A stretch of DNA of 64,000 bases from a bacterium (GTDB lineage: Bacteria > UBA10199 > 2-02-FULL-44-16 > JAAZCA01), in assembly GCA_963674695.2 (NCBI GenBank), contig CAXXGI010000003.1, positions 320,001 to 384,000 of the forward strand, read 5' to 3'. Each line of letters begins with the position of its first letter. Positions within the stretch are counted from its first letter, which is position 1. Position numbers and translations under genes: made by a program. This document shows positions 26,929-38,409 of the stretch, piece by piece. Below the pieces are notes generated by a model. That model was not told the DNA's origin, ran no database searches, and was given only the letters and a program-made list of their open reading frames with translations.

Positions 26929-27716
26929 TTCCAAGGGCTGACATCCTGGAGTGGCGTGCGCGCCATCCCTGGAGCAGTGACGATCAGGTGGAGCAGGATC
27001 TCGTTATCAGTCGGGCGATCGTGGAGATATTTCGCGATTCATTTCTGTGCGAGCATCTCGCTTTTCGCGGCGGAACGGCGATGCACAAACTCTTCATTTC
27101 GGAACCGCTGCGCTATTCGGAGGATATCGATCTCGTTCAGGTGTCCACCGGGCAGATCGGCCCCATCTTCGATGCGGTGCGTATGCGCCTCGATCCTCTC
27201 CTCGGTGAACCGAAACGAGAGCTGGGGAAGGGGATTGTCAATCTGATCTATCGGTTTTCCGCCGAGGGGCCGGCGCATGTGCCGCTTCGACTCAAGATAG
27301 AGATCAACTCGCGCGAGCACTTTACGGTGCTGGGGCATGAGGATCGGCGCTTTGATGTCGATTCCCGCTGGTTCCGCGGAGGATGCGAGGTGCGCACTTA
27401 TCGCCTCGAAGAACTCCTGGGGACGAAGCTGCGCGCCCTTCATCAGCGCAAGAAGGGGCGCGATCTCTTCGATCTCTGGCTCTATTTGACGACGACAACC
27501 GTGGATGAGAGCGATATCGTTCGGTGTTTTCAGGAGTATCTCTCACGCCAACAGCTCCGTGTCAGCGCGAAGGCATTTCGGGAGAGCATGGCCGTCAAAC
27601 TGAGCCGTCCCGACTTTCGAAACGACACGCGCGATCTGTTGCGAACCGGCGTCTCCTACGATCTTGACGAGGCATGGCGCCTCGTGGACGAACGGCTCGT
27701 CGCCCACATCGATTGA
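26925..27716 (+). CDS. abiEii: Type IV toxin-antitoxin toxin, AbiEii nucleotidyltransferase
   Basis: QVEQDL, AFRGGTAMHK, RYSEDIDL, LKIEINSREH, TKLRALHQRKKGRDLFDL; GTGA overlap with abiEi. Confidence 0.92.
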   Translation: MIPRADILEWRARHPWSSDDQVEQDLVISRAIVEIFRDSFLCEHLAFRGGTAMHKLFISEPLRYSEDIDLVQVSTGQIGPIFDAVRMRLDPLLGEPKRELGKGIVNLIYRFSAEGPAHVPLRLKIEINSREHFTVLGHEDRRFDVDSRWFRGGCEVRTYRLEELLGTKLRALHQRKKGRDLFDLWLYLTTTTVDESDIVRCFQEYLSRQQLRVSAKAFRESMAVKLSRPDFRNDTRDLLRTGVSYDLDEAWRLVDERLVAHID

Positions 27717-27799
27717 ATATTTGACCAGGGGGCTTCCGATGCCGTCACCCAAAGATTCAGCTTGAATTTTAAGTAATTACGCCTATCTTAGGTCTGCGT

Positions 27800-27901
27800 C
27801 CATCGAACCGTCGAACCGTCGAACCGTCGAACCGTCGAACCGTCGAACCGTCGAACCGTCGAACCGTCGAACCGTCGAACCATCGAACCATCGAACCATC
27901 G
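27800..27901. repeat. 8-mer tandem array (CCRTCGAA) x ~12.7
   Basis: Nine perfect CCGTCGAA units flanked by CCATCGAA units, ending 7 nt before the next ATG. Confidence 0.92.
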
Positions 27902-27908
27902 GGCGGGC

Positions 27909-28739
27909 ATGAATTTCATTCTCTCCATCATCAAGTCCTTCTTCAAGGACGATTGTGTCAACCTCGCGGCGAATATCTCCTTTTGCGCGTTGCTCTCCAT
28001 CATTCCGGTGGCCATGATCATGGTCTCGATCGCCGGCTATTTTCTCGGCGGGTCGGCCGATGCCTACGACCAGATCGTCTCGGTGGCGACCGACTTCCTG
28101 CCGGTGGGGCGCGAGGTCTTCATTAAGAACCTGCAGTCGATCCTCGATCAGCGTTCCTCGCTCGGAATCGTCGGGATGGGGTTTCTGATCTTCATCGCCA
28201 CGATTCTGCTCGCCTCCGTCGAGCGCGCGCTCGACCGGATCTTCAAATCGAGTGCGAGCCGAAACTTCTTCCACTCGCGTCTTTTGGGGATCGCGCTCAT
28301 CTTCTGGGTGACGCTGCTCTTCGCGCTCCCCACGATGGCTTCCATCCTTGAGGGTTTGCTCCATCGCTATGGCTTCGGTTTTCCGCTCTCCTCGCTCATG
28401 TCGGGGAGGGCCTACATCTTTCTGGTCTCCTTCCTCGCCTTCATCATGACCGTGGTCATCATTCCGAATCTCAAGATCTACATTCGCTATGCCGCCGTGG
28501 GTGGCCTCTTTTTCGCCGTCGGCATCGGCGTGGTCAAATATATCTTCCGGTGGTATATGCTGTTGTCGCTGGAGCGGTACAACGTCATCTACGGGACGCT
28601 GGCGACGGTGGTTACCTTTCTCGCGTGGATCTTTTACCTGGCGGTGGTCTTGCTCCTCGCCGCTGAATTTACTTCTGAATTGCAAAAGCGTATGTGGTTT
28701 CATCCGAAGCAGATGCGGAGAGAATCGAAGACGCCTTAA
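27909..28739 (+). CDS. YihY/BrkB family inner membrane protein
   Basis: FFKDDCVNLAANISFCALLSIIP, YNVIYGTLATVV.FLAWIFY..LLLAAE. Confidence 0.9.
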   Translation: MNFILSIIKSFFKDDCVNLAANISFCALLSIIPVAMIMVSIAGYFLGGSADAYDQIVSVATDFLPVGREVFIKNLQSILDQRSSLGIVGMGFLIFIATILLASVERALDRIFKSSASRNFFHSRLLGIALIFWVTLLFALPTMASILEGLLHRYGFGFPLSSLMSGRAYIFLVSFLAFIMTVVIIPNLKIYIRYAAVGGLFFAVGIGVVKYIFRWYMLLSLERYNVIYGTLATVVTFLAWIFYLAVVLLLAAEFTSELQKRMWFHPKQMRRESKTP

Positions 28740-28760
28740 GGGCATCCAAAGGGGGACACC

Positions 28761-29282
28761 ATGATCGTGCGATTTGAACGGACTTCACCCGGCTATATGA
28801 TGTTTGCGGCGGCGATCGCCATCGTCTTGGGGCTCATCATGCTCTGGTATCCCGGGGGGACGATGGAGCTGATGTCGGCCGCCTTCTGGGTGGTGCAGGT
28901 GATTTTGTCGATCTTCGTCCTGACCTATACGATTTCGGAATGCATCTATCAATACCGCGCGGGGCACAAGGGGGGCGGTCTGCTCTACCTGGCCATCGGC
29001 CTGCTCGTGACGGTGCTCATCTGGCTCTTCAGCGTGGGTTTTGTCTACATGCTCATCGCGATCTTCCTTATCATCATCGGTCTTGCCGAGATCATCGGTG
29101 GCTTCCAAATGAACGTGGGCAAATACTTCCTGATCTTCCTGGGGCTCGTCAACGTGATGATCGGCGCCATCATCCTGCGCTACCCGGTGGCCTTGCCGCT
29201 CCTGATCGCCTGGTATGTCCTCTTCTGGGGAGTCTCGCGTCTCTTCTTCGCCTTTGAGCTCAAGCGCATGATGAAAGGGTGA
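28761..29282 (+). CDS. HdeD/DUF308-like membrane protein
   Basis: Six hydrophobic segments; LGLIMLWYPG; AWYVLFWGV. Confidence 0.7.
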   Translation: MIVRFERTSPGYMMFAAAIAIVLGLIMLWYPGGTMELMSAAFWVVQVILSIFVLTYTISECIYQYRAGHKGGGLLYLAIGLLVTVLIWLFSVGFVYMLIAIFLIIIGLAEIIGGFQMNVGKYFLIFLGLVNVMIGAIILRYPVALPLLIAWYVLFWGVSRLFFAFELKRMMKG

Positions 29283-29300
29283 TTCCCTCGATGACGCTCG

Positions 29301-30068
29301 TTATTTTCTGAGGGAAGCTTTTCGCTCGAATCCAATCTGCAATTCACGCCGGATGATGGCGTAGATGTCGGCGTCCATGACGTATTCGACATGGCCGTAG
29401 TCGCCGACGTCGATGTTGACGATGTGGTCGGCGCCGTTTGGCACGGGAAGCGATGCGCTCTCGGGTGGACAGTAGCGATCCCCTCGGGCGGTGAGCGCGG
29501 CGGCATACACATCGCTCGGAATCGGGTGCGCGTCGAGTTCGCTCATGAGTGCAGATCCGGGTTCGAGCTGATCGAGCGCGTGAGAGATCCAACGCAGCGG
29601 CGTGTGGCGTGCCGCCGTCGCCAGCGGGCTGCCATGGTGGGGGCTGCCCAGCGTGACGAGCGTGTGGACATAGCGGTGGCCATCGAGCAGCGAGACCATG
29701 TAGCGACCGATGAGGCCGCCCATCGAATGGCCGACGATCGCCACGCGGGGCAGCGAAAAGGTCATCGCCAGCGATTCCAGGTGCGTCTCCACGAGCGCGG
29801 CCAGTTCATCGACGCACCGGGTGTTGAAGCGGCCCATCCACCCGCCGAGCGGAAAGATGTAGGGGGCAAACCCATCCACCAGCAGGCGTTTCTCGAGCTG
29901 TGCCAGGGTCCCTCGCGTCCCCCCCCAACCGTGCAGCAGGATCACCGGTTTTCGGCCGCGAGCGAGGATCGCAGCGTCGTCATGGTGATGACTGGCCCAG
30001 AGGCGATAGAAGTGGGCGGTATTGCGCATCCATCGCCGAAATCCATGGGGATTCTTCGGATCGTCCAT
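29301..30068 (-). CDS. Alpha/beta hydrolase (lipase/esterase)
   Basis: PVILLHGW, VGHSMGG nucleophile elbow, VTLGSPHHGS, Asp (GD) and His (GH); start 30068 or 30119. Confidence 0.88.
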   Translation of the reverse strand: MDDPKNPHGFRRWMRNTAHFYRLWASHHHDDAAILARGRKPVILLHGWGGTRGTLAQLEKRLLVDGFAPYIFPLGGWMGRFNTRCVDELAALVETHLESLAMTFSLPRVAIVGHSMGGLIGRYMVSLLDGHRYVHTLVTLGSPHHGSPLATAARHTPLRWISHALDQLEPGSALMSELDAHPIPSDVYAAALTARGDRYCPPESASLPVPNGADHIVNIDVGDYGHVEYVMDADIYAIIRRELQIGFERKASLRK

Positions 30069-30149
30069 GCCCCCAGTTTCCTTGAAATCAACTGTAAAGT
30101 CAAAGCGTTGCATTGACATCCCCCAGGGGCTCTGTTACGCACCCCCGGC

Positions 30150-30295
30150 GAGATGGCTGAATGGTGAGATGGCTGAATGGTGAGATGGCTGAATGGTGAG
30201 ATGGCCAAATAGTGAGATGGCTCAATCGCTAGATGGCTGAATGACGATCTTGTGATTGTGCCATCACGCGATTCAGCGATCTCGCTATCTCACCA
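30150..30295. repeat. 16-mer (2x8) tandem array GAGATGGCTGAATGGT x6 plus inverted degenerate arm
   Basis: Three perfect and three degenerate units at 30150-30245; reverse-complement units at 30260-30295. Confidence 0.85.
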
Positions 30296-30311
30296 GTTAA
30301 GGAGGTGTCCC

Positions 30312-31013
30312 ATCGCTACCTATAAACGACTTCCGCGAGGCAAGAACCGACCGCATGGCGACGAATTCGTCGATTGGACGATGCAGGTCATCACCTGGGT
30401 GCGCGAGAACTGGAAGACCAGCATCGAGATCGTGGCGGTGGCCATCGTGGCCGTTGCGGTGATCCTGGGTGCACGCGCCTATTGGACGAGTCGCTCCACC
30501 AATGGGGCCGACGCGCTCTATGCGGCCGAGCAGCTCGAAGCGGGTTCCGAGGCGCAGTTGAAAGCGCTTGCCGAGGTGGCCGATGACTATGGCCGGACGG
30601 CGGCGGGCAAGCAGGCGTTCATGCGCCTGGGCGATCTGTATCTGAGCAATCAGGCCTACGACAAGGCCCAAGGCGCCTTTCGCGATTTAGCCGGTCATAG
30701 CCGCAATACACCGATGCTTAACATCGCGGCCCTGCATCGTCTGGCCGATGCGCAATTGGCCTCGGGCGATAGCGAAGCGGCCGTGGGGACCTTTCTGAAA
30801 GCTGCGGCCGATCCCCATAATCTTCTGAAGAATACCAGTCGCCTGCGGGCGGGAGAATGTCTGGAGCGCGAGGGCAAGTATGATGAAGCGGCTTCCCTCT
30901 ATCGGCAGGTGATCGACGAATCCGGCGAGGATGATCTCGCCATTGCCCAGCGAAGCGAGGAACGACTCTTATGGCTGATCGCCAACAAACATATCGCCGT
31001 GTCAAACGGGTAG
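30312..31013 (+). CDS. YfgM-like TPR membrane protein
   Basis: DEFV..T...W...N + TM helix + TPR (YGRTAAG..A.MRLGDLY); lies upstream of the PQQ-propeller gene; candidate ATC start after a strong SD. Confidence 0.8.
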   Translation: MATYKRLPRGKNRPHGDEFVDWTMQVITWVRENWKTSIEIVAVAIVAVAVILGARAYWTSRSTNGADALYAAEQLEAGSEAQLKALAEVADDYGRTAAGKQAFMRLGDLYLSNQAYDKAQGAFRDLAGHSRNTPMLNIAALHRLADAQLASGDSEAAVGTFLKAAADPHNLLKNTSRLRAGECLEREGKYDEAASLYRQVIDESGEDDLAIAQRSEERLLWLIANKHIAVSNG

Positions 31014-32239
31014 CGAGTGCCGGCGTTGCGCTCATCTCCCTGGTGCTCGTGCTCGCTTCGTCGGCAGGGGCGACGCAGTGGCAGCCGAAACGGCATTTTC
31101 TGAGCTGGGAATCGCTCAATCGCCCCGAGGAGTATCGTCGGTTGAAGCAGTATACGCAGCCGACGCGCCGCTTCGATCTCACGCGTGGGCGGGTGGTGAA
31201 GCTCAAGCCCAGCACGGTTTGGAACCGTCGTCCCTTTCAGTTTTCGACGCCGTTGGTGGATGGGCGAAACCTGTATGTGGGCGTCGACGCCGGTTTCTTC
31301 TATTGCATCGATACGCAGGTGGGCGCGAAGCGCTGGACAGCCAAGACCGAGGGAGGCGTGCAGGCAAAAGCGGCGCTCGCAGATGGCAGTATCTATGTCG
31401 GCGATGTGAAGGCGATCGTCTATGCCCTTGATGCGAGCACGGGGCAGGAGCGTTGGCGCACGCGCGTCGATACCGAGATGCTGGCGACGCCGCTCGTGCA
31501 TGGGGATCGACTCTACATCTATACCATGTCCGGGCGCCTCTACGCCCTCGATCGAGCGAGCGGCATCGAGATCTGGCATACGCAGTCGCACGAGCGTAAC
31601 ATCGGGTTTTCGGTGCGCCATGCGGCGACCCCCTTTCTCTTGAACGGTTCGATCTATGTCGGCACGTCGTCGGGTATGCTCATCGCCTTCGACGAGGCCG
31701 ATGGTTCCATTCGGTGGGTGCGACAGTTGGGCGGGCGACAGAGCGTGGTGGCCGATGTCGACAGCACCCCGATTCTGGTCAATGGACTCGTCACCGTGAC
31801 CACGGTCGATGGCGAGCTCTTCAGCGTCGAACCTCAGAGCGGTGCGATCGTCTGGTCGATCGGGGTCGGCGGGCCGAACAATCTTCTCTCTCATGAGGGC
31901 CGTCTCTACGTGAGCAGCTCCGGCGTCGTCTCAGCCCTCGATCCGGTGACGGGCGGACTGCTCTGGCAGCAGGATCTCGAGGTGCCGGGCACATCAGCGG
32001 CCGCTGGTGGCGATCGCTTCATCGCCTTGGTCGATACCGAGAAAAAGCTCTATCTCATCGATTCGGACAATGGCGATATCCTTTTCGAGCGGTTCGTGCG
32101 CAAGGGGAGTTTCGGCGATCCGGTCGTCGTGGGGGATCAGCTCTATATCCTGTCGAACTCAGGGCGCCTGTTCAGCTTTACGGTGAAGGAGAAGCCGATG
32201 AAGCGCCGAAGTGCGAAGGCAAAGGAGATCGACGGATAG
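30971..32239 (+). CDS. PQQ-like beta-propeller protein (BamB-like)
   Basis: Repeated YALDASTGQERW / YALDRASGIEIW / ALDPVTGGLLW blades; signal peptide. Confidence 0.85.
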   Translation: MADRQQTYRRVKRVASAGVALISLVLVLASSAGATQWQPKRHFLSWESLNRPEEYRRLKQYTQPTRRFDLTRGRVVKLKPSTVWNRRPFQFSTPLVDGRNLYVGVDAGFFYCIDTQVGAKRWTAKTEGGVQAKAALADGSIYVGDVKAIVYALDASTGQERWRTRVDTEMLATPLVHGDRLYIYTMSGRLYALDRASGIEIWHTQSHERNIGFSVRHAATPFLLNGSIYVGTSSGMLIAFDEADGSIRWVRQLGGRQSVVADVDSTPILVNGLVTVTTVDGELFSVEPQSGAIVWSIGVGGPNNLLSHEGRLYVSSSGVVSALDPVTGGLLWQQDLEVPGTSAAAGGDRFIALVDTEKKLYLIDSDNGDILFERFVRKGSFGDPVVVGDQLYILSNSGRLFSFTVKEKPMKRRSAKAKEIDG

Positions 32240-32340
32240 TGTTGTCATCGGCCTATCTCTGAGAAAAGCGTTGCCAGCACAGGGGGCCTCTGATAAATTC
32301 CCGATATATTTCCATATGTTCGCTTGGGGGGGGGATGCAC

Positions 32341-34629
32341 ATGAAGCGATGGGGGAGATGGGTTTTCGTCGTGGTGTGTATCATCTCGTTGTTCGGTGTT
32401 GTCCCCGAGGGGCGCGCGGACAGCCAGACCTTCAACGCCTTGTTCTTTCAGCCCGCTATCGGGCGCAACCCCTACCTCATGTTGCAGGGGACCGAGACGC
32501 TCAAACAGCTTCAGTTCGACGCCGGTGAAATCTTCTCCTACGGCTATCGTCCTCTCGAAATGCGCCAGGCCGGCACGCGCATCCAGGGCGTGATCGACCA
32601 GACGGTCGTGGCCGACTTCGTCGCGGCCTTCGGTGCCATGGATTGGCTGCAGCTCGGCATCGATTTTCCGCTGATTCTCATCAACAAGTTTCGCAATCCC
32701 TTGGTCACGCCCGCACCGGCGATGGCCAATCATTTCGATATCGGTGACATTCGCTTTGAGGTCAAGGCGCGCTTTCTCGATGCCTGTGAGAAATATGTCG
32801 GCGTGGCCATCGTTCCGTTCGTTACCATTCCCACGGGAAAGTCTTCGCACTATGTGGGCGACCCCGGTATCACCGGCGGCGCGCGCGTGGTGGTGGATGG
32901 TCGGCCGCATCCGCGCATCGGGCTGACGCTCAACGTCGGGTATAAGGGTGGCAAGAAGGTGAACGTCCGCAACATCGAATATCAGCACCTGCTCCTGCTG
33001 GGCCTTGGCGTCAACGGCCAGCTCGGCCACGGCGTTGACATCTTCGTCGAGGCCAATGCCGAAGCGGCGTTTAACAAACTCTTCGCCGACAAGGATATGA
33101 ACCCCGCCGAGGTCATGGTGGGCGCGCGTTGGGATATCAAACAGACGGGAGTTTCGATTCATGGCGGCGGTGGCACGTGCTTGGTTTGCGGGGTGAAGGG
33201 CGCGCGCGTGCGCGCGGTGCTGGGCGCGAAGTATCGCTTTATGAACGAGAATCTGCGCATGCAGGAGATGGAATCGGCAAAGCTCTGCAAAGCGCGCTTC
33301 GCGGCATTCAATCAGTTCGAGATGGAGGAGCTGCGCCGAAAATGCCCGCCGGATCCATCGCTCTATCAGGCGGGCGTGAGTGATCCGGGGTGTCCGAAGT
33401 ATTATGAGATGCGTGAGTTGGCTGACTTGGTCATTCGCTGTCCGTCGGATCCCGCGCAGTTCAACCCGCAGTTTCATGATGCCGGCTGTCCGAAGATCTT
33501 CAACCTGGCCGAGACCTACACGCGCGACGAGATCTGGAGCATCTACTCCATGTCCGCTGCGGAGATGGGCATTCGGTGCCCGGCGGATCCGGCGCAGTTC
33601 AATGCGTCGCTGCACGATTTTGGATGTCCCAAATACTATGACCTGAAAGAGGTCGTGACGTTGGCCGAGCGTTGTCCGGAGAATCCCGGGGCCTATCGTG
33701 CCGGCGTCGATGATGCGGCGTGTCCCAAGTACTATACGCTGCGCGATGAATATAATCCGGATCAGTGGGCGCTCATCGCCAAGCTTTCCAAAATCGATAG
33801 CGATAACGATGGGATCAACGACTATCTCGACCGATGCCCGAAGGAGCCGGAAGACTTCAACGGATTTGCCGATCATGATGGCTGTCCCGAGGGTGGCCAG
33901 GCCACGGTCGCTGGCGGTGAGATCGCCACGCTTCGGCCCGTCTACTTCCAGTTCGGCAGTGCCGTGCTCTCGAGTGAGGCCAAGGCGATTGTCGATCAGG
34001 TCATTCAGGTCATCAATGCCACGCCATGGGTACGGCGCGTGCGCGTGAGCGGGAACACCGATGACATTGGGAACTGGGAAAACAACGAGCGGCTTTCGCG
34101 AAAGCGTTCGGGCGTCGTGATCGACTATATGCGCCAGCAAGGCACGCGCTCCGACGTCGAACTCGTTCCGATCGCGTACGGATCGGCGCGTCCGGCAGCT
34201 TCGAATAAGACGGAGCAGGGGCGTGCGCTCAATCGGCGCGTGATCTTCAACGTGGCCAGCGTGCGCTATCCCACGTTTACGCCGCCGACGCCGACGTTGC
34301 CGGCAACGGCACCGGCGGCGGCGCCGCCCGATATGGCACCTCTTTCTGGGACGCCGGTCGGATATTCAGGGGGCAGTTCCACGCGGGATCTCCCCGTCGA
34401 TTGGAGCAAGGCACCGCCCGAGTCGCGCACGCAGGGCGTGGCCCCTCCAGCGCCGGCATACACGCCGCCACCAGCTCCCGCACCGATGCCGCAAGTGGCA
34501 CCACCTCCGCCGATCATGACGCCACCGCCGCCCATGGTTCCGGTCACCCCGGAGCAGGCGCCTCGTCTTCCGGGTGAAGAACCTGCGCCAAAGGAGACGC
34601 CGCAATCGCAGCAGGATCGCTGGTTGTAG
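32341..34629 (+). CDS. OmpA-family outer membrane protein (beta-barrel, Cys/TSP3-like repeats, OmpA-C, Pro-rich tail); TraB-like architecture
   Basis: Signal peptide; amphipathic barrel strands; DSDNDGINDYLDRCPKEPEDFNGFADHDGCP; VYFQFGS...GNTDD...NERLSRKR...NRRV. Confidence 0.85.
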   Translation: MKRWGRWVFVVVCIISLFGVVPEGRADSQTFNALFFQPAIGRNPYLMLQGTETLKQLQFDAGEIFSYGYRPLEMRQAGTRIQGVIDQTVVADFVAAFGAMDWLQLGIDFPLILINKFRNPLVTPAPAMANHFDIGDIRFEVKARFLDACEKYVGVAIVPFVTIPTGKSSHYVGDPGITGGARVVVDGRPHPRIGLTLNVGYKGGKKVNVRNIEYQHLLLLGLGVNGQLGHGVDIFVEANAEAAFNKLFADKDMNPAEVMVGARWDIKQTGVSIHGGGGTCLVCGVKGARVRAVLGAKYRFMNENLRMQEMESAKLCKARFAAFNQFEMEELRRKCPPDPSLYQAGVSDPGCPKYYEMRELADLVIRCPSDPAQFNPQFHDAGCPKIFNLAETYTRDEIWSIYSMSAAEMGIRCPADPAQFNASLHDFGCPKYYDLKEVVTLAERCPENPGAYRAGVDDAACPKYYTLRDEYNPDQWALIAKLSKIDSDNDGINDYLDRCPKEPEDFNGFADHDGCPEGGQATVAGGEIATLRPVYFQFGSAVLSSEAKAIVDQVIQVINATPWVRRVRVSGNTDDIGNWENNERLSRKRSGVVIDYMRQQGTRSDVELVPIAYGSARPAASNKTEQGRALNRRVIFNVASVRYPTFTPPTPTLPATAPAAAPPDMAPLSGTPVGYSGGSSTRDLPVDWSKAPPESRTQGVAPPAPAYTPPPAPAPMPQVAPPPPIMTPPPPMVPVTPEQAPRLPGEEPAPKETPQSQQDRWL

Positions 34630-34700
34630 TCCGTATGATGGAACCGCTCTCTGTTCATGGTGGCGCTCTGCGTGGTCGCTTCGGCGATGGCATGCGATGA

Positions 34701-36224
<1,524 letters not shown>

Positions 36225-36227
<3 letters not shown>

Positions 36228-36316
36228 TTTCGTGTTCTCGTGAATCGTGATCTCGTGGTTTCGTTCAGGATCAATGACGCGATCTCACGAGTTCACGATC
36301 TCCGAGACCACGAAAG
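36225..36316. repeat. Degenerate 7-8-mer inverted array (TCGTG units, then CACGA units)
   Basis: tttcgtg-ttctcgtg-aatcgtg-atctcgtg facing cacgagtt-cacgatct-ccgagac-cacgaaa between guaB and guaA. Confidence 0.65.
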
Positions 36317-36323
36317 TGTATTC

Positions 36324-37865
36324 ATGGATACCAACCGCATCCTCATCCTCGATTTTGGCTCACAATACACCCAGCTCATTGCGCGGCGTGTGCGCGAAGC
36401 GAAGGTCTACTGTGAGATTCAGCCCTGCACCTGGTCGGTGGACAAGGTGCGCGCTTTTCACCCCAAGGGGATCATCCTCTCGGGTTCGCCCGCATCGGTG
36501 ACCGACGCCGAGAGTCCCAAACTCGATCCAGAGATCTTGAGCCTCGACGTTCCGGTGCTCGGCATCTGTTATGGCATGCAGTCGATCACCGTCGTGCGTG
36601 GCGGGCATGTTGAGCGTTCGGGCAAGCGCGAATACGGGCGTGCGCACCTGCAGGCGCAGGAGGGCCATCCGCTCTTCGCCGGCGTGCACGAATGGCCCAT
36701 GCCGATCTGGATGAGCCACGGCGATCGCGTCGAGGCGCTGCCCGAGAACTTTCGTTCCATCGCCTTTACGCCCAATTCGCCGTATGCGGCCATGGCGTCG
36801 AAAGACGACCGCATCATCGGCGTGCAGTTTCATCCGGAGGTGACGCATACGCCGGAGGGGACCACCATTCTGCAAAACTTTGTCCTTCGCATCTGCGGAT
36901 GTGAACCCACCTGGACGATGGAGTCGTTCATCGAAGAGCAGACACGGGCGATTCGCGAACGCGTTGGGGATGCGCGCGTGATTCTGGGACTCTCCGGCGG
37001 CGTCGATTCCTCTGTCGCGGCCGTTCTCATTCATCGCGCGATCGGGGAGAAGCTCACCTGTATCTTCGTCGATAACGGCGTGTTGCGCAAAGACGAGGTC
37101 GAAAAGGTGGAACGCGTCTTTCGCGAGCACTACCAGATCGATCTCGATGTCGTCGATGCCGCCGATCGTTTCCTGACGAAACTTGCTAGTGTCGAGGAAC
37201 CCGAACGCAAACGCAAGATCATCGGAAATGAATTCATCGCCGTCTTCGAAGAGGAGTCAAAGCGCTTCGAGAACGTCCGTTTTCTCGCGCAGGGCACGCT
37301 CTACCCGGATGTGATCGAATCCGTTTCGTTCAAGGGTCCGAGTGCCGTCATCAAGAGCCATCACAACGTGGGGGGCCTGCCCGAGCGTATGGGTCTCGAA
37401 CTGATCGAGCCCTTTCGCGAGCTCTTCAAGGATGAGGTGCGCGAGGTGGGGCGAAAGCTCGACATGCCCGACGAGATCATCAAGCGTCAGCCCTTTCCCG
37501 GCCCGGGGCTTGCGGTGCGCATCCTGGGCGAGGTAACGCGTGAGCGCTGTGATCTGCTGCGACTCGCCGACGAGATCGTCATGCAGGAGCTCAAAGATGC
37601 CGGCTGGTACGACAAGACCTGGCAGACCTTCTGCGTGCTCTTGCCCGTCAAATCCGTCGGCGTCATGGGCGATGAACGCACCTATGAAAATGCCGTTGCG
37701 ATCCGCTCGGTCAATTCCACCGACGGCATGACCGCCGACTGGGCACAGCTCCCCTATGATCTGCTCGGCCGCATGTCGAACCGCGTGATCAACGAAGTCC
37801 CCGGCATCAACCGCGTGGTCTACGATATTTCGTCGAAGCCACCGGCCACAATCGAGTGGGAGTGA
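36324..37865 (+). CDS. guaA: GMP synthase (glutamine-hydrolysing)
   Basis: [65 protein letters not shown]. Confidence 0.98.
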   Translation: MDTNRILILDFGSQYTQLIARRVREAKVYCEIQPCTWSVDKVRAFHPKGIILSGSPASVTDAESPKLDPEILSLDVPVLGICYGMQSITVVRGGHVERSGKREYGRAHLQAQEGHPLFAGVHEWPMPIWMSHGDRVEALPENFRSIAFTPNSPYAAMASKDDRIIGVQFHPEVTHTPEGTTILQNFVLRICGCEPTWTMESFIEEQTRAIRERVGDARVILGLSGGVDSSVAAVLIHRAIGEKLTCIFVDNGVLRKDEVEKVERVFREHYQIDLDVVDAADRFLTKLASVEEPERKRKIIGNEFIAVFEEESKRFENVRFLAQGTLYPDVIESVSFKGPSAVIKSHHNVGGLPERMGLELIEPFRELFKDEVREVGRKLDMPDEIIKRQPFPGPGLAVRILGEVTRERCDLLRLADEIVMQELKDAGWYDKTWQTFCVLLPVKSVGVMGDERTYENAVAIRSVNSTDGMTADWAQLPYDLLGRMSNRVINEVPGINRVVYDISSKPPATIEWE

Positions 37866-37889
37866 TGGGACACATCGGGTGGGGAACTT

Positions 37890-38409
37890 CATGAGAAATT
37901 GGTATATCGAAATTTTCCGAGCATTGGTCGAAGAAGACATTCGCTTTGTCGTGGCAGGAGGAATTGCGGTCAACCTCCTGGGCGTGCCGCGTTTTACCGC
38001 GGATCTCGATCTCATCGTTGCATTGGATGAGCGAAATGTGAACAAATTCGTGAGATGCATGGCGGACATGGGGTATAAGCCTAAGGTGCCTGTCCCCGCG
38101 GAGGCATTCGCGGATCAGGGGAATCGGGAAAAGTGGGTGCGGGAAAAAAACATGCGGGTTTTCTCCTTCATCCAGCCGAATCGGCCTTACGAGCTGATCG
38201 ATGTCTTTGTGAAGGAACCGATTCCTTTTTCGGAAATGTGGAGAGAGAAAGAAAATATCCGCATCGAGAATATTGAAGTTCCCGTGGTGTCAATCGAGCA
38301 TCTGCTGCAGTTGAAGCAAGCTGCGGGAAGGGAACAGGATCTCTCCGACATCGATGCGTTGCAGAGGCTTCAAGAGGATTTCAAGAATGAAGCGAACAAT
38401 GAGGAATAA
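37890..38409 (+). CDS. Nucleotidyltransferase-fold protein (DUF6036/AbiEii-like, putative toxin-antitoxin component)
   Basis: VVAGGIAVNLLGVPRFTADLDL (GG..A...R.T.DLD); LLQLKQAAGREQDLSDI. Confidence 0.8.

Noticed and set aside
18349-27800. Genomic island or prophage integrated at tRNA-Met
   Set aside because: No integrase, phage genes or distal att repeat; core genes such as der are interspersed
27800-27901. Possible CRISPR array
   Set aside because: Contiguous 8-mer units with no unique spacers and no cas genes; the same applies to the arrays at 23522 and 30150
32245-34140. Long antisense ORFs (this one, 41307..43097, 57354..59273, 50096..51823 and others)
   Set aside because: Shadow frames of well-supported genes in GC-rich DNA, with no motifs of their own
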